Shown here: in pieces, positions 33,831-42,898 of the stretch | Layout of the letters: each line of letters opens with the position of its first letter | Numbering within the stretch: the stretch's first letter is position 1 | DNA from: a virus | Virus record (IMG/VR): IMGVR_UViG_3300027969_000087 | Coordinates: 4,040 to 68,039 of that record | DNA: 64,000 nucleotides | Strand: one strand, 5' to 3' | Translations under genes and position numbers: made by a program | Notes under the pieces: model-generated | Told to the model about the DNA's origin: nothing | Seen by the model: only the letters and a program-made list of their open reading frames with translations | The model's database searches: none

Positions 33831-35806
33831 TACTTAGCTTCACCCCACCTTTGTACAGTTTTAACATCAGCTAATAGCGGAATCTTTAATACGTTAATGC
33901 CTTCCATGGCCTCACGTATTGCCTCGGCCGTCTCCTCTACCAAATGGTTTGGAGTTACCGTTACCAATTCATCGTGGACGGTCAATATCAAATTGGCCTC
34001 CTCTGGAATCATATCATAAGCACGTACCATTGCAACTTTGATCAAGTCTGCAGCGGAGCCCTGAATTACAGTGTTGAACGCTTGACGCTCTGCGCGTGAC
34101 CGCTTCCAAGTCTCTGATGAGCGCAAGTCTGGTAGATACCTACGACGCTTAAGAATAGTAGTGGCATAAGGCATGGGAGTCTTATTACGACTCTCAGTAA
34201 TAACACTGCGCTTATACCGTGTAACAGACGGGAACTTTGCACTGAACGCGTCCAGCAGATCCCTAGCCTGAGTTACGGTACATCCGATATCAGCAGCAAT
34301 CTTGTCAGGACCTACTCCGTATGCCATAGCAAGCACAAGAGTCTTACCGGCCTTACGATCAATGCCCATAGTATCGCCCACAGTTGTATAGATATCCCCA
34401 CCATCTAGGTAAGATCCGCACATGATCCGGTCATTAGAGAATGACGCAATAACACGGGGTTCAATCTGAGAGTAGTCAGCAACAATCAATGAATGATCTT
34501 CTGGAGCTACAAATAGATTACGAATAGCCTTGCCGTTAGACGTATGTGGAGCAGGTACGTTTTGCAGATTTGGGTTACGACTGCTGAAACGACCGGTCTC
34601 TGTACCATACTGTACAAAGTCTGTATGGATACGACCGTCAAGTAGCAGAGCCTTCTTAGCAACGGTCTTGCTCTTGCCAAGCAGTGTGCGGGTGATATCT
34701 CCACCAAGGTATGGAATTACATAAGTAGTGAGGAGCTTGTTGAGATCTGCATAACGTACGAGACCATCTACTACAGCATCCTTACCCACAAAATGCGCTA
34801 GTGCAGGCTCTGCTACAGAGTAGTCAGTTACTAAAGGATCTTCTCCAGCACTCTGCTTCTTCTCACCGTTAGTAGTTAGGACCTTAGGACGTAGCCCACG
34901 GCCCCCCTCTTTCTTAGAGGTATAAAGAATCTTCTGCTTCTCTGGAACACTATTAAGATTAAAAGGCTTGCCAGCAGCTGCGTAGATCTCACCCTTACAT
35001 AACTCTAGTTGCTCCTCAAGATCCGTCTTCAAGATACGGAGAGCAGCTACGTCAATATCAGCACCACGTAGTTCCATGCTGCAGATAACTTGTAGTACAT
35101 CCATCTCTAGGTTGAAAAGCTTAGTGAGCTTGTCGGTATCAAGACGTGAGGATAGTTTCTTCCACAGCTTCCATGTCCACTCGGCATCTAGCCCAGCGTA
35201 GGTTGCAACCTCATCAAAGCTATGTGCTTCGATCTCTTTACCAACACCCTTTACCATCTCGTAGCCAAACTCACGCTTCAAGCATGCAGCTAGACCAAGT
35301 TCGTGACGGATCTGGTTATCTAAGATAAACGCAGCGTTGAGAGTACAGGCGTAGCTTGGATTAGGCATACCACCTAGATACTTAGCAACACTCTGTAGGT
35401 CGAACTTTACGTTGTGCCCGACCTTTACCTGATCGCCCATGAATATAGGCTTAAGAGCACGAAATACTTCACCAGCAGTTAACTGCTCGCAAGGTTCTGT
35501 AAAGACCTTAGTGGCTTTCTTCTCATCCTTGCTGTAGTCCTGTGGACGTAGGGTCATGCCCTTAGCCTGACGAAGCTTAGCGGACGGTAGCAATGGGTAA
35601 TCAGTGCGGATGTACTCACCATTAGGGTGACCCATAGGGATAACGTCACAGCGACCCTCAGTCGCTAGAGCAATCCATACGACAGCATTCTGGCGAGGAT
35701 CTCCACGGTGAGGGCCTGACGTTTCTACGTCAAATACAAATTCATCTACTTGTGAGTAGGCATCGACAACTTCTTGAAGTTGATCGGTAGTCAAAACAAT
35801 ATTCAT
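33830..35806 (-). CDS. family A DNA polymerase with 3'-5' exonuclease, no 5'-3' nuclease
   Basis: Exo I FDVET, Exo II HNVKFD, Exo III YAGLD; TGRFSS..PNLQN, DYSQIE, motif B RKAGKTLVLAMAYG, IQGSAAD, VHDE. Confidence 0.95.
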   Translation of the reverse strand: MNIVLTTDQLQEVVDAYSQVDEFVFDVETSGPHRGDPRQNAVVWIALATEGRCDVIPMGHPNGEYIRTDYPLLPSAKLRQAKGMTLRPQDYSKDEKKATKVFTEPCEQLTAGEVFRALKPIFMGDQVKVGHNVKFDLQSVAKYLGGMPNPSYACTLNAAFILDNQIRHELGLAACLKREFGYEMVKGVGKEIEAHSFDEVATYAGLDAEWTWKLWKKLSSRLDTDKLTKLFNLEMDVLQVICSMELRGADIDVAALRILKTDLEEQLELCKGEIYAAAGKPFNLNSVPEKQKILYTSKKEGGRGLRPKVLTTNGEKKQSAGEDPLVTDYSVAEPALAHFVGKDAVVDGLVRYADLNKLLTTYVIPYLGGDITRTLLGKSKTVAKKALLLDGRIHTDFVQYGTETGRFSSRNPNLQNVPAPHTSNGKAIRNLFVAPEDHSLIVADYSQIEPRVIASFSNDRIMCGSYLDGGDIYTTVGDTMGIDRKAGKTLVLAMAYGVGPDKIAADIGCTVTQARDLLDAFSAKFPSVTRYKRSVITESRNKTPMPYATTILKRRRYLPDLRSSETWKRSRAERQAFNTVIQGSAADLIKVAMVRAYDMIPEEANLILTVHDELVTVTPNHLVEETAEAIREAMEGINVLKIPLLADVKTVQRWGEAK

Positions 35807-35826
35807 AATGCTCTCCGAATAAAGAA

Positions 35827-35867
35827 GTAGGGTGCTAGATCAAGGAGGGAGAGACCTAGCACCCTAC
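35827..35867 (-). other. 15-bp hairpin with anti-SD-like loop upstream of the polymerase gene
   Basis: - strand: GTAGGGTGCTAGGTC-TCTCCCTCCTT-GATCTAGCACCCTAC (the G-U pair forms only on the sense strand). Confidence 0.7.
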
Positions 35868-35877
35868 ATGTGAGGGA

Positions 35878-36567
35878 TTAGTCTTCTGGAATCTCGCGGG
35901 CAATCTCTACAAGTTCAGCCTTGGTTGACATACGCAATGCGTCTGTGCCAAGAGCCTTCAAGTTAGAGATTACTTCCGCTACTTCAGAAGCGTCCAAATC
36001 CCAGTCATCGGGGAGGTCGCGTTCTTTCACTGGCATGATTGAGTAGCTAGTCTTAGTGCCTTGACCTGACTTGCTAACTGCCCAGAACATACGATCTAGA
36101 GGCCCTGTCTTAGGATCGCTGTTTAGCTTTTCTAGCTGACCACAAAGGCGTAGACCAACAGTCATTAGCTGTACCTTTGGATCTTCTTCCATGAGGTTAA
36201 CAATTGAGAAAGCAAACTTGTTGTCTGCCTTGTTACCTGCACGGCATAGTGGGCACTGAGTTGTGCCTAGACATACGAATGACTTCTTGCCCTGGCGCTG
36301 TACCCAGTGCTGTGCAAAGCTCATTGGTTCCGGAGAGAGGAACTTGATTAGCTGCACATCTTCTTCGAACTTGAAGTCGGTTGCGTATGACTTTGCAGCC
36401 TTGGCCTGAACTTCCTTAGCCTTAGCCCAGCCTACCTGTACTACTGAAGAACGCTCAGGAACTTCTTCTTCATCTTCGGTTTCAAAGATATCGTCTGATA
36501 CAGCGGTAGGTGTTACATCCTCGTCATCGTCGAGGTATGAGTTTACATTAGTGTTGCGGGTGTTCAT
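35878..36567 (-). CDS. single-stranded DNA-binding protein (gp32-like, Zn motif)
   Basis: QHW...CLG...CPLC, KSGQGTKTSY; acidic region; next to the polymerase. Confidence 0.7.
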   Translation of the reverse strand: MNTRNTNVNSYLDDDEDVTPTAVSDDIFETEDEEEVPERSSVVQVGWAKAKEVQAKAAKSYATDFKFEEDVQLIKFLSPEPMSFAQHWVQRQGKKSFVCLGTTQCPLCRAGNKADNKFAFSIVNLMEEDPKVQLMTVGLRLCGQLEKLNSDPKTGPLDRMFWAVSKSGQGTKTSYSIMPVKERDLPDDWDLDASEVAEVISNLKALGTDALRMSTKAELVEIAREIPED

Positions 36568-36592
36568 AGGTTTATTCCTTATTGGTTGTTGG

Positions 36593-37066
36593 TTATGCGG
36601 TTTCTTGGTTGTGAATCTTAGTCCAGTTTTCGTAAAGTTCTAGCGAAAGGTCTGGGTGTCGATTCCAATCAATCCGGGGAGCTTCAAGAAGCCCTCTAGA
36701 TTGAAAACTTTGTATTGCACTTTCTACCATGTCACGACTATACATGCGCCAGCCGGGTTTTTTCTCACCCTTAACTATAATCGCCTTTAGTCGATATGGT
36801 GCCCTTGGGATGTACCCCTTACGCTCCCACAGTCTAATGGTAACTAGTGGCCGTCCTAATGCTGCTGCAAAAGTACCGGCACTAAATAACTCTACCACAG
36901 TTCCGTTAGGAAGCGTTTTGGTTTGAGGATCTGAATCCCAAGCTTCTTTGTCTTTAATTTCTTTACGTTTAGCAACTTCAGGATGTAGCGGTTGACGCTT
37001 CTTTTTAGAACCAGGATAAAATTCATTAAGAGACCCAAAGATCTCTTCAATCTTATCCTCGTTCAT
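36593..37066 (-). CDS. MerR-like HTH DNA-binding protein
   Basis: FAAALGRPLVTIRLWERKGYIP...WRMYS. Confidence 0.75.
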   Translation of the reverse strand: MNEDKIEEIFGSLNEFYPGSKKKRQPLHPEVAKRKEIKDKEAWDSDPQTKTLPNGTVVELFSAGTFAAALGRPLVTIRLWERKGYIPRAPYRLKAIIVKGEKKPGWRMYSRDMVESAIQSFQSRGLLEAPRIDWNRHPDLSLELYENWTKIHNQETA

Positions 37067-37224
37067 TACTTAATCAACCCTGCCATTGCTTTCTTAAAAA
37101 TATCAATTGCTATAAATGCTGCACCCATACTATCGTCTACACGAGAGAATAGCAACGGATCCCAAGCACGTAGTCCCTGAGATACTAACTCAAGTAACCG
37201 CTCTTCTGTCAAATCGCTAGACAT
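37066..37224 (-). CDS. small hypothetical protein (52 aa)
   Basis: MSSDLTEERLLELVSQGLRAWDP...; AAGGA SD, TAATG coupling. Confidence 0.55.
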   Translation of the reverse strand: MSSDLTEERLLELVSQGLRAWDPLLFSRVDDSMGAAFIAIDIFKKAMAGLIK

Positions 37225-37441
37225 TATGGTCATCCTTAAGGTGAGCCATTAGGTCTAACAACTCGTCGTAGGTAGCGTCACAGATTGAGCACTCATGAGG
37301 ATAATCCTCTAACAAGAGTGTTTTAACTTTAGCCATTTTGCTCCTCTTATGCTTCTGGATATCGTTCCAAAATCCGAACCCAACTAAGACTATACTTGAT
37401 GCGAGCCAAAGTGCAAATAATAACCATTCAAAGAAAAACAT
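37217..37441 (-). CDS. membrane-anchored C2H2 zinc-finger-like protein
   Basis: N-terminal TM segment; C-terminal HECSIC...LMAHLKDDH. Confidence 0.65.
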   Translation of the reverse strand: MFFFEWLLFALWLASSIVLVGFGFWNDIQKHKRSKMAKVKTLLLEDYPHECSICDATYDELLDLMAHLKDDHNV

Positions 37442-37444
37442 GGG

Positions 37445-37891
37445 CTACTTCTTTACAAGGATAAACGCAGAAGTTACCTTCTTTGGGAACATGGTATCAA
37501 CGTCGTCTTCGGTAAGAAGGCCTTCCATCAAGCACTCCATTACAGCCTGCTCATCAAGCACTGGCTTAAGTTCATAGCAACGAGCCGTAAGATCCTTGTC
37601 ACGAAGCAAGTCGTGAGCAGCTGCCTCATCAAGAGTCTGTGATACACGGCGCTGACGCTGCATACCAGCATAGCCACCATACTCTTGCATGTCATACCAC
37701 TTGTGACCCTTGTCATCTTCTAGACCATTAGAGTCTACAAACTCGGACAGTTCCTTTTTAATGACATTCTGACGTGCAGTAAGGTCGTCAATGTTCTTCT
37801 TGAGATGTACATACTCTTTGTACATAGTGTCAAGATCCGACTGACCAAATGTTTCTGCAGTCGGTAGTTCTTTACCAATTACTTCTGGCAT
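37445..37891 (-). CDS. hypothetical coiled-coil protein
   Basis: 148 aa, AGGAGG SD. Confidence 0.75.
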   Translation of the reverse strand: MPEVIGKELPTAETFGQSDLDTMYKEYVHLKKNIDDLTARQNVIKKELSEFVDSNGLEDDKGHKWYDMQEYGGYAGMQRQRRVSQTLDEAAAHDLLRDKDLTARCYELKPVLDEQAVMECLMEGLLTEDDVDTMFPKKVTSAFILVKK

Positions 37892-37908
37892 GATGCCCTC
37901 CTAAATTA

Positions 37909-38046
37909 TTAAACTCCTACGAACTCTTCTAGAGCCGTAATTACTATATCAGTAACTGTGACACCTTCTTCAGCAGCTTTTTCTTTGGCTGCATTCCAAA
38001 GTTCATCAGATACTCTGATAGTACGCGTTGGCGTTGGATTAGGCAA
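37909..38046 (-). CDS. ribbon-helix-helix DNA-binding protein (45 aa)
   Basis: TTG start after AGGAG; PTRTIRVSDELWNAAKEKAAEEGVTVTDIVITALEEF. Confidence 0.75.
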   Translation of the reverse strand: MPNPTPTRTIRVSDELWNAAKEKAAEEGVTVTDIVITALEEFVGV

Positions 38047-38089
38047 ATTCACTCCTAGTACCGGGCCCTCGCTATACCCTAGTCTATAT

Positions 38090-39643
38090 TTAATTGTTTT
38101 GCAAGAATTGCCTAAGTGTGCCGAGTGTTAAGTTCAACTCACCAGTCTTACTGATTCCTTCACCATCAACAATAGCATTAGCGACTGACATTTTTTGCTG
38201 CAGCATATCGTATTGGCGTTGCTCTATTGAGCCTAGCATAAGTAGGTCCTGGATTACAACATGCTCCCAGGTGCTAGAGGCTCGCTGGATACGTCCGTTA
38301 CGTTGGAGTGCCAGACCGGCGTTCCACGGAAGATCGTAGTTGACCAGTAGATTAGCCTGAGGAAGATCCACGCCGTACCCACCAGCATCAGAACTAATGA
38401 GCAGGCGAGTATTTGGGTTAGTTTGGAAATCAACCTTAGCATGCTCTTTCTCTTTTGCACTTAGCTTTCCAGTATAGACATTGGCCCCATGCTCTTTTAG
38501 CTCTTTACCAAGTATATCGGTCATACTGACAAAAGTAGTGAAAATGACAGCTTTGTTATTGCGATCTTCAGCTAAAAAGTTAGACACCGTTTCTTTCAAG
38601 GTCTCTAGCTTGGGAGACTTAAAATCTTTGTCAAGTGCTCCTGATTGTAGTAGCTCAGCTGCAAATAGGGATCCGTTACCGGCAAACCCATCAAACTGTA
38701 GCCCACTGCTCTTTAAGAGTTGTGGGTGAGCACATACCTGACGCAAAGCAATTAGCTTTGGCATAATGCGGCCACGGAACTCATCAATTAGACCACCGTC
38801 TTTAGTGTAGATGCTTGCCCCAGAATTGATAAATGCAGCAGCCTCATCAAGATCTTCTAGCAGCATTTCACAGATTGCTTTGTATAACCTACGACCCATT
38901 GGGTCAAAAGGAACAAGTATTGGTGATGCCATGATTGTCTCAGGTAGGTACGGAGAAACATCTGGATCTGACTGGCGCTTACGAACCGACGTAGATTTTA
39001 ATGAATCGTGTAGATGTGAAAGATTCCTGTACCCGTCAATCCAACCCATGTTATTACGGTTGATGTACTTGGCCTCAAAAGCTGGAAAAGAACCTAGCAC
39101 ACTGCGGTCTACAAACTCCATAATAGAGAATACTTCTTCAGCCTTGCCATTCTCTACCGGGGTACCAGTGAGAGCAAACATGTACGGGCAAGTCAGTTTC
39201 TTTACCGCCTTTGAGCGCTTTGATTTAAAACTCTTTAGTGCAGTAGCTTCGTCAGCGATAACAAATGCCCTAGGTAGTTTCCTGACAATTTCCCAATCAG
39301 AAACTACTTGTTCATAGTTCATAATGATGTAGTCAACCTGAGAGTTCTTAAACTGCTCGTACTGTTCTTTACGCTGCTTAGGCGTGCCATCAATAACTAC
39401 TGGGAAAGATGTGTGTCCAGTAAACTTATCAATAGCGTTAGCCCATTGATATTTAAGGCTGGATAGACAAATGACAAGGCCTGGACCATTAATTTTTCCT
39501 TCATCTCGTAAACGCTCTATAGCTGCAATAGTTAGAACAGTCTTGCCCAAGCCAAGATCGTATGCAACAAGCACCTTACCGCGCTCGCACATTAAGTCTA
39601 CAGCCTCTTCCTGATATGGAAGTAAGGTGCCAGTGAAACTCAT
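38090..39643 (-). CDS. SNF2-family helicase
   Basis: LLPYQ, DLGLGKT, IADEAT, LTGTPVEN, GVDL, YDLPWN, QRNGRIQR. Confidence 0.92.
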   Translation of the reverse strand: MSFTGTLLPYQEEAVDLMCERGKVLVAYDLGLGKTVLTIAAIERLRDEGKINGPGLVICLSSLKYQWANAIDKFTGHTSFPVVIDGTPKQRKEQYEQFKNSQVDYIIMNYEQVVSDWEIVRKLPRAFVIADEATALKSFKSKRSKAVKKLTCPYMFALTGTPVENGKAEEVFSIMEFVDRSVLGSFPAFEAKYINRNNMGWIDGYRNLSHLHDSLKSTSVRKRQSDPDVSPYLPETIMASPILVPFDPMGRRLYKAICEMLLEDLDEAAAFINSGASIYTKDGGLIDEFRGRIMPKLIALRQVCAHPQLLKSSGLQFDGFAGNGSLFAAELLQSGALDKDFKSPKLETLKETVSNFLAEDRNNKAVIFTTFVSMTDILGKELKEHGANVYTGKLSAKEKEHAKVDFQTNPNTRLLISSDAGGYGVDLPQANLLVNYDLPWNAGLALQRNGRIQRASSTWEHVVIQDLLMLGSIEQRQYDMLQQKMSVANAIVDGEGISKTGELNLTLGTLRQFLQNN

Positions 39644-39646
39644 TTG

Positions 39647-40627
39647 TTATCCTAAAATTGCTGCTTTACCGAGTACGCAATGCTTAGCGGACTCTATACC
39701 ATAGCGTATCTCATCTTCTGACATATCGCCAACATCCTTAGCTTCGGACTTTCCGTAGTTAAAGAACTTGCACTCAAACCCAGTCTTGCGACTCAAGTCT
39801 AACATGCGTAGGGAAGCGGTTTGCCCAGCCTGATCGTTGTCAAAAGCAAAGATAATATTCTCTGCGTTAGCTCGAATGATATTTACTTGAGCCGGGCTAA
39901 CAGATGCACCAAAGGTGGCAATAGAGTCACGAAAACCAAGAGAGTGCAAACGAACTGCATCTAGTGGACTCTCTACAACTATAAAAGATTCGGTTTTGGG
40001 ATAGCTACCTGGATTAAAAACTGTGCTGCTTTTTAAAACTCCGGTAGGGCGGTTTTTAAAGTGACGCATGACCTGACCCTTTTCTTGCCAACCAAGTAGT
40101 TTGCCAGTTTCATAGTCACGAATAGGAAGAATCCAAACACTATTTTTATCATCCCACCTAACTGTGTAGACCTTGCAAGAATCATCTGTTAACCCACGAG
40201 CATTTAGTGCCCATGCAGGTACGTGAGGAGTGTATACAGATAGGCGAGCCTCGCTCATCTCTACAGGCTTCGGGATAGCAATGTAAGAAGACTTTATCTC
40301 TTCCATTTGCTTGGCAATCAAGTCAAGGTCAATTGCAGTATTAGCATGCAACCAACTCTTTGCAGCATCAAGATCTAGTCGACCCCACTGAGTCTTAAAG
40401 TCCATCTGCTCTGCAACGAGAGTAATCAGATTGCCCTTGTAACCACAAGAGAAGCAGTGGTGTACGCCAGTCTCAATGTTAATAGACCAGGATGGATTGT
40501 TATCTTTGGCACCGGTACGTAGCTCGTGCCCTGGGCAGATACCCAGAACCTCATCCCCACGAACATGTGCGATATCTACATCTAGTTTGAAGAGTACTAC
40601 CTGTACTTCTTTTTCGGTGATAATCAT
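39647..40627 (-). CDS. DNA primase (CHC2 zinc finger + TOPRIM)
   Basis: CPGH..CFSCG, VVESPLDA, FDNDQAG, KDVGD. Confidence 0.9.
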   Translation of the reverse strand: MIITEKEVQVVLFKLDVDIAHVRGDEVLGICPGHELRTGAKDNNPSWSINIETGVHHCFSCGYKGNLITLVAEQMDFKTQWGRLDLDAAKSWLHANTAIDLDLIAKQMEEIKSSYIAIPKPVEMSEARLSVYTPHVPAWALNARGLTDDSCKVYTVRWDDKNSVWILPIRDYETGKLLGWQEKGQVMRHFKNRPTGVLKSSTVFNPGSYPKTESFIVVESPLDAVRLHSLGFRDSIATFGASVSPAQVNIIRANAENIIFAFDNDQAGQTASLRMLDLSRKTGFECKFFNYGKSEAKDVGDMSEDEIRYGIESAKHCVLGKAAILG

Positions 40628-40878
40628 ACTGACGCCTGACGACGCATGCGACCACGGAAAGATTCACGCTGACGCTGCGTTGTTGCTCCCCAGATACCCT
40701 GCAAGGATGGCTCCTTTACTGCATAAGCAAAGCAAGGATCTACAAACGCACAGGAGTTACAGATATCCTTTGCGGCTTGTATCCCATCTTTATCGGCAGG
40801 GTGAGGAAAGAATGTATCAGGGTCTATATCGGCACATGGCTGTGTGCCGTCGAACTGTGGTGCTTGTGGCTCAAACAT
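40624..40878 (-). CDS. WhiB-family transcription factor (second copy)
   Basis: PCADIDPDTFFP..AKDICNSCAFVDPC..GIWG; start ATG 40878 behind GGAGAAGG. Confidence 0.9.
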   Translation of the reverse strand: MFEPQAPQFDGTQPCADIDPDTFFPHPADKDGIQAAKDICNSCAFVDPCFAYAVKEPSLQGIWGATTQRQRESFRGRMRRQASV

Positions 40879-40886
40879 ACCTTCTC

Positions 40887-40961
40887 CTAATGATCCATAA
40901 ATGATGCTATGGCTGCAATGATAAACACGACTATAAGAATTCCCGTAACTATATTTGTCAT
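40887..40961 (-). CDS. 24-aa hydrophobic peptide
   Basis: MTNIVTGILIVVFIIAAIASFMDH; ATGA overlap with the helicase stop; AGGAG upstream. Confidence 0.5.
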   Translation of the reverse strand: MTNIVTGILIVVFIIAAIASFMDH

Positions 40962-42184
40962 GGTGTTGCGTACTCCTGAAACTTTCCGTTCTCCCAGTCC
41001 CACAGTAACTCGACCTCAGTCTTACCACAGTTACGACTGGCTTCAATCCTGAACAGACGTGAAGAGTCATCCTCAGCGTCCTGACGCTCTAGCGCTAAGA
41101 TTACGTCAGCATCTTGGAAGAACGATGATGAGTAACCAATAGACTGGGCAGTAACCTTACCGCCACGCATTTTAGATTCCAATGCCTGAGTGGTAACAAC
41201 AATTGGCTTCTGTACTTTTTGAGCAAGCCTCTTCAATGACCGAGTGATATTAGTCAAAGCAAGATAAGAGATACCTAACTCACCTGTGACCTCATCTGTC
41301 ATAAGATACACACCATCCACAAAGATAACGTCTGGCTGTAGCTTATCAATCTTTGCTGCCAAACCAGAGATTGTTCCTGCAGACGTGCTGTCAGTCAGGT
41401 AGAAGTTGTGCATATCTTCCATGCGCTTTAGTGCCTTTTGGTAACGCACTTCTTCGTCGGTCTTTAGTGCACCACGGGTAAGGCGAGCATGTGAGATGTT
41501 TGCACGCATGGCGTCGTGGCGAGTTTGCTGCTCACGACTGCTCATCTCGAAAGACTGGAACATCGGTACAAAACCATCCTTGTGAAGGTTAACCGCAGTC
41601 TGCAAAGCGATCACAGACTTACCCGTCTTTGGTGGAGCAACAATAACGATAAGTTGGCCTGGTTGTAGACCGGCTGTTGCCTGATCAATGAGAGTAAATC
41701 CTGTGGCCATTCCGATCAAACCATTAGGGCGTGTCTTTACATCCTGGTACTCGTCGTAACGAGACATAGGGCTCTTGCTCAAGTCCACATCGTGGGATGT
41801 ACCAACACCCTCATCTAAGATCTTTGCAAGCCCTGTGCTCATAGAAGCAATCGCAGTCGCATGGTCGCCCTCTGAGATAGCCTCAGCAGCATCCTGCACA
41901 ATCTCAATTGCTTTCTGACGACGACGGTACTCAACTAGCTGGTCTAGTAGGTACTCAATCGAATCGTCTACAGCTAGTAAGCGGTATGTAGGAAAGTTAT
42001 CCTTTACCGTTACTGCTGTAGGAACCTCAGAGTATTTAGTCCAGTGCTGCTTGATGAAGCGCCACACGTTGCGATGCTCATCTACATAGAACCAATCATC
42101 TTCTAATCCATACTCAAGTATGGGTGTGATATCCCTCGTGCGTATTGCACGACTGATTAAGCGCAGTTCATTATCTGCTGCCAT
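40958..42184 (-). CDS. DnaB-like replicative helicase
   Basis: GLQPGQLIVIVAPPKTGKS, SFEMS, FVDGVYLM, TTQ, QDAD, ASRN. Confidence 0.92.
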   Translation of the reverse strand: MAADNELRLISRAIRTRDITPILEYGLEDDWFYVDEHRNVWRFIKQHWTKYSEVPTAVTVKDNFPTYRLLAVDDSIEYLLDQLVEYRRRQKAIEIVQDAAEAISEGDHATAIASMSTGLAKILDEGVGTSHDVDLSKSPMSRYDEYQDVKTRPNGLIGMATGFTLIDQATAGLQPGQLIVIVAPPKTGKSVIALQTAVNLHKDGFVPMFQSFEMSSREQQTRHDAMRANISHARLTRGALKTDEEVRYQKALKRMEDMHNFYLTDSTSAGTISGLAAKIDKLQPDVIFVDGVYLMTDEVTGELGISYLALTNITRSLKRLAQKVQKPIVVTTQALESKMRGGKVTAQSIGYSSSFFQDADVILALERQDAEDDSSRLFRIEASRNCGKTEVELLWDWENGKFQEYATP

Positions 42185-42592
42185 TTAAACCCTCCAAAGG
42201 TCGCGGTACCAACTACCATATCGTAATGCTCGCTGGGGTACATCTATGACACCCTTTAGTTCATTTCGATAAGGCAGTTCTGCAACTAAGTCTGCTACTA
42301 CGTTGTAAGCCTTAACGTAGTTAAATGGATTAGTACCCAAGTTGTCAAGGTCGTCCATAAATTCTTGCATTTCAGCCTGTGAGAAACCAAATCCCACAAG
42401 CTCTAAGATGAAGCCATTATCGCTAGAGTACTTCCACAATTTAGAAAGTATCTGACGATCGTACGTGACTTCTTCTTGTGCGTAAGAGATGACACCTAAA
42501 AGTTTTTTTATGACCGGTGTCCTGTTTAAGATACAGTCAAGAGACACAGCGATGCGCATTATGCGATCGTTACTTAAATCCCCTCCCTGCAT
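42185..42592 (-). CDS. hypothetical protein, possible degenerate HAD fold
   Basis: 135 aa; RIAVSLD and VIDV strands. Confidence 0.55.
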   Translation of the reverse strand: MQGGDLSNDRIMRIAVSLDCILNRTPVIKKLLGVISYAQEEVTYDRQILSKLWKYSSDNGFILELVGFGFSQAEMQEFMDDLDNLGTNPFNYVKAYNVVADLVAELPYRNELKGVIDVPQRALRYGSWYRDLWRV

Positions 42593-42595
42593 GAG

Positions 42596-42898
42596 TTAAA
42601 CCTCAATGTAGCCGTATTTGACTACAAACTCCCTAAAGGCCTCAGACGAACGAGTCGCTGTTGAGATCTCAGCCTTAGACGCACGGTCTGAGACTTTAAG
42701 CGGATATGTGCCGTCATTCTTTTGGGCACGTGAAACTACGGTGCGAGAATGCTTACATACGTTACGAGAAACGAATCCTGGGCATGTGCAGCGGACGTCT
42801 TCGCTCTCAAGGTCAATCTCTACCTCAAACACTCCACGTGGAGATAGGAAGAATTGCACTGTACGCCAGTCTGCCTTTGCCATTGTTTTATCCTTCAT
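42596..42898 (-). CDS. SWIM zinc-finger protein
   Basis: CTCPGF...CKH. Confidence 0.8.
   Translation of the reverse strand: MKDKTMAKADWRTVQFFLSPRGVFEVEIDLESEDVRCTCPGFVSRNVCKHSRTVVSRAQKNDGTYPLKVSDRASKAEISTATRSSEAFREFVVKYGYIEV

Noticed and set aside
40879-41070. Long N-terminal extension of the second WhiB
   Set aside because: Overlaps the helicase 3' end; ATG 40878 has an SD and gives a normal WhiB length
10622-42184. Inteins or introns in nrdJ, recA, polymerase, SNF2 or DnaB
   Set aside because: All have normal lengths and continuous motifs, with no splice-junction or homing-endonuclease signatures
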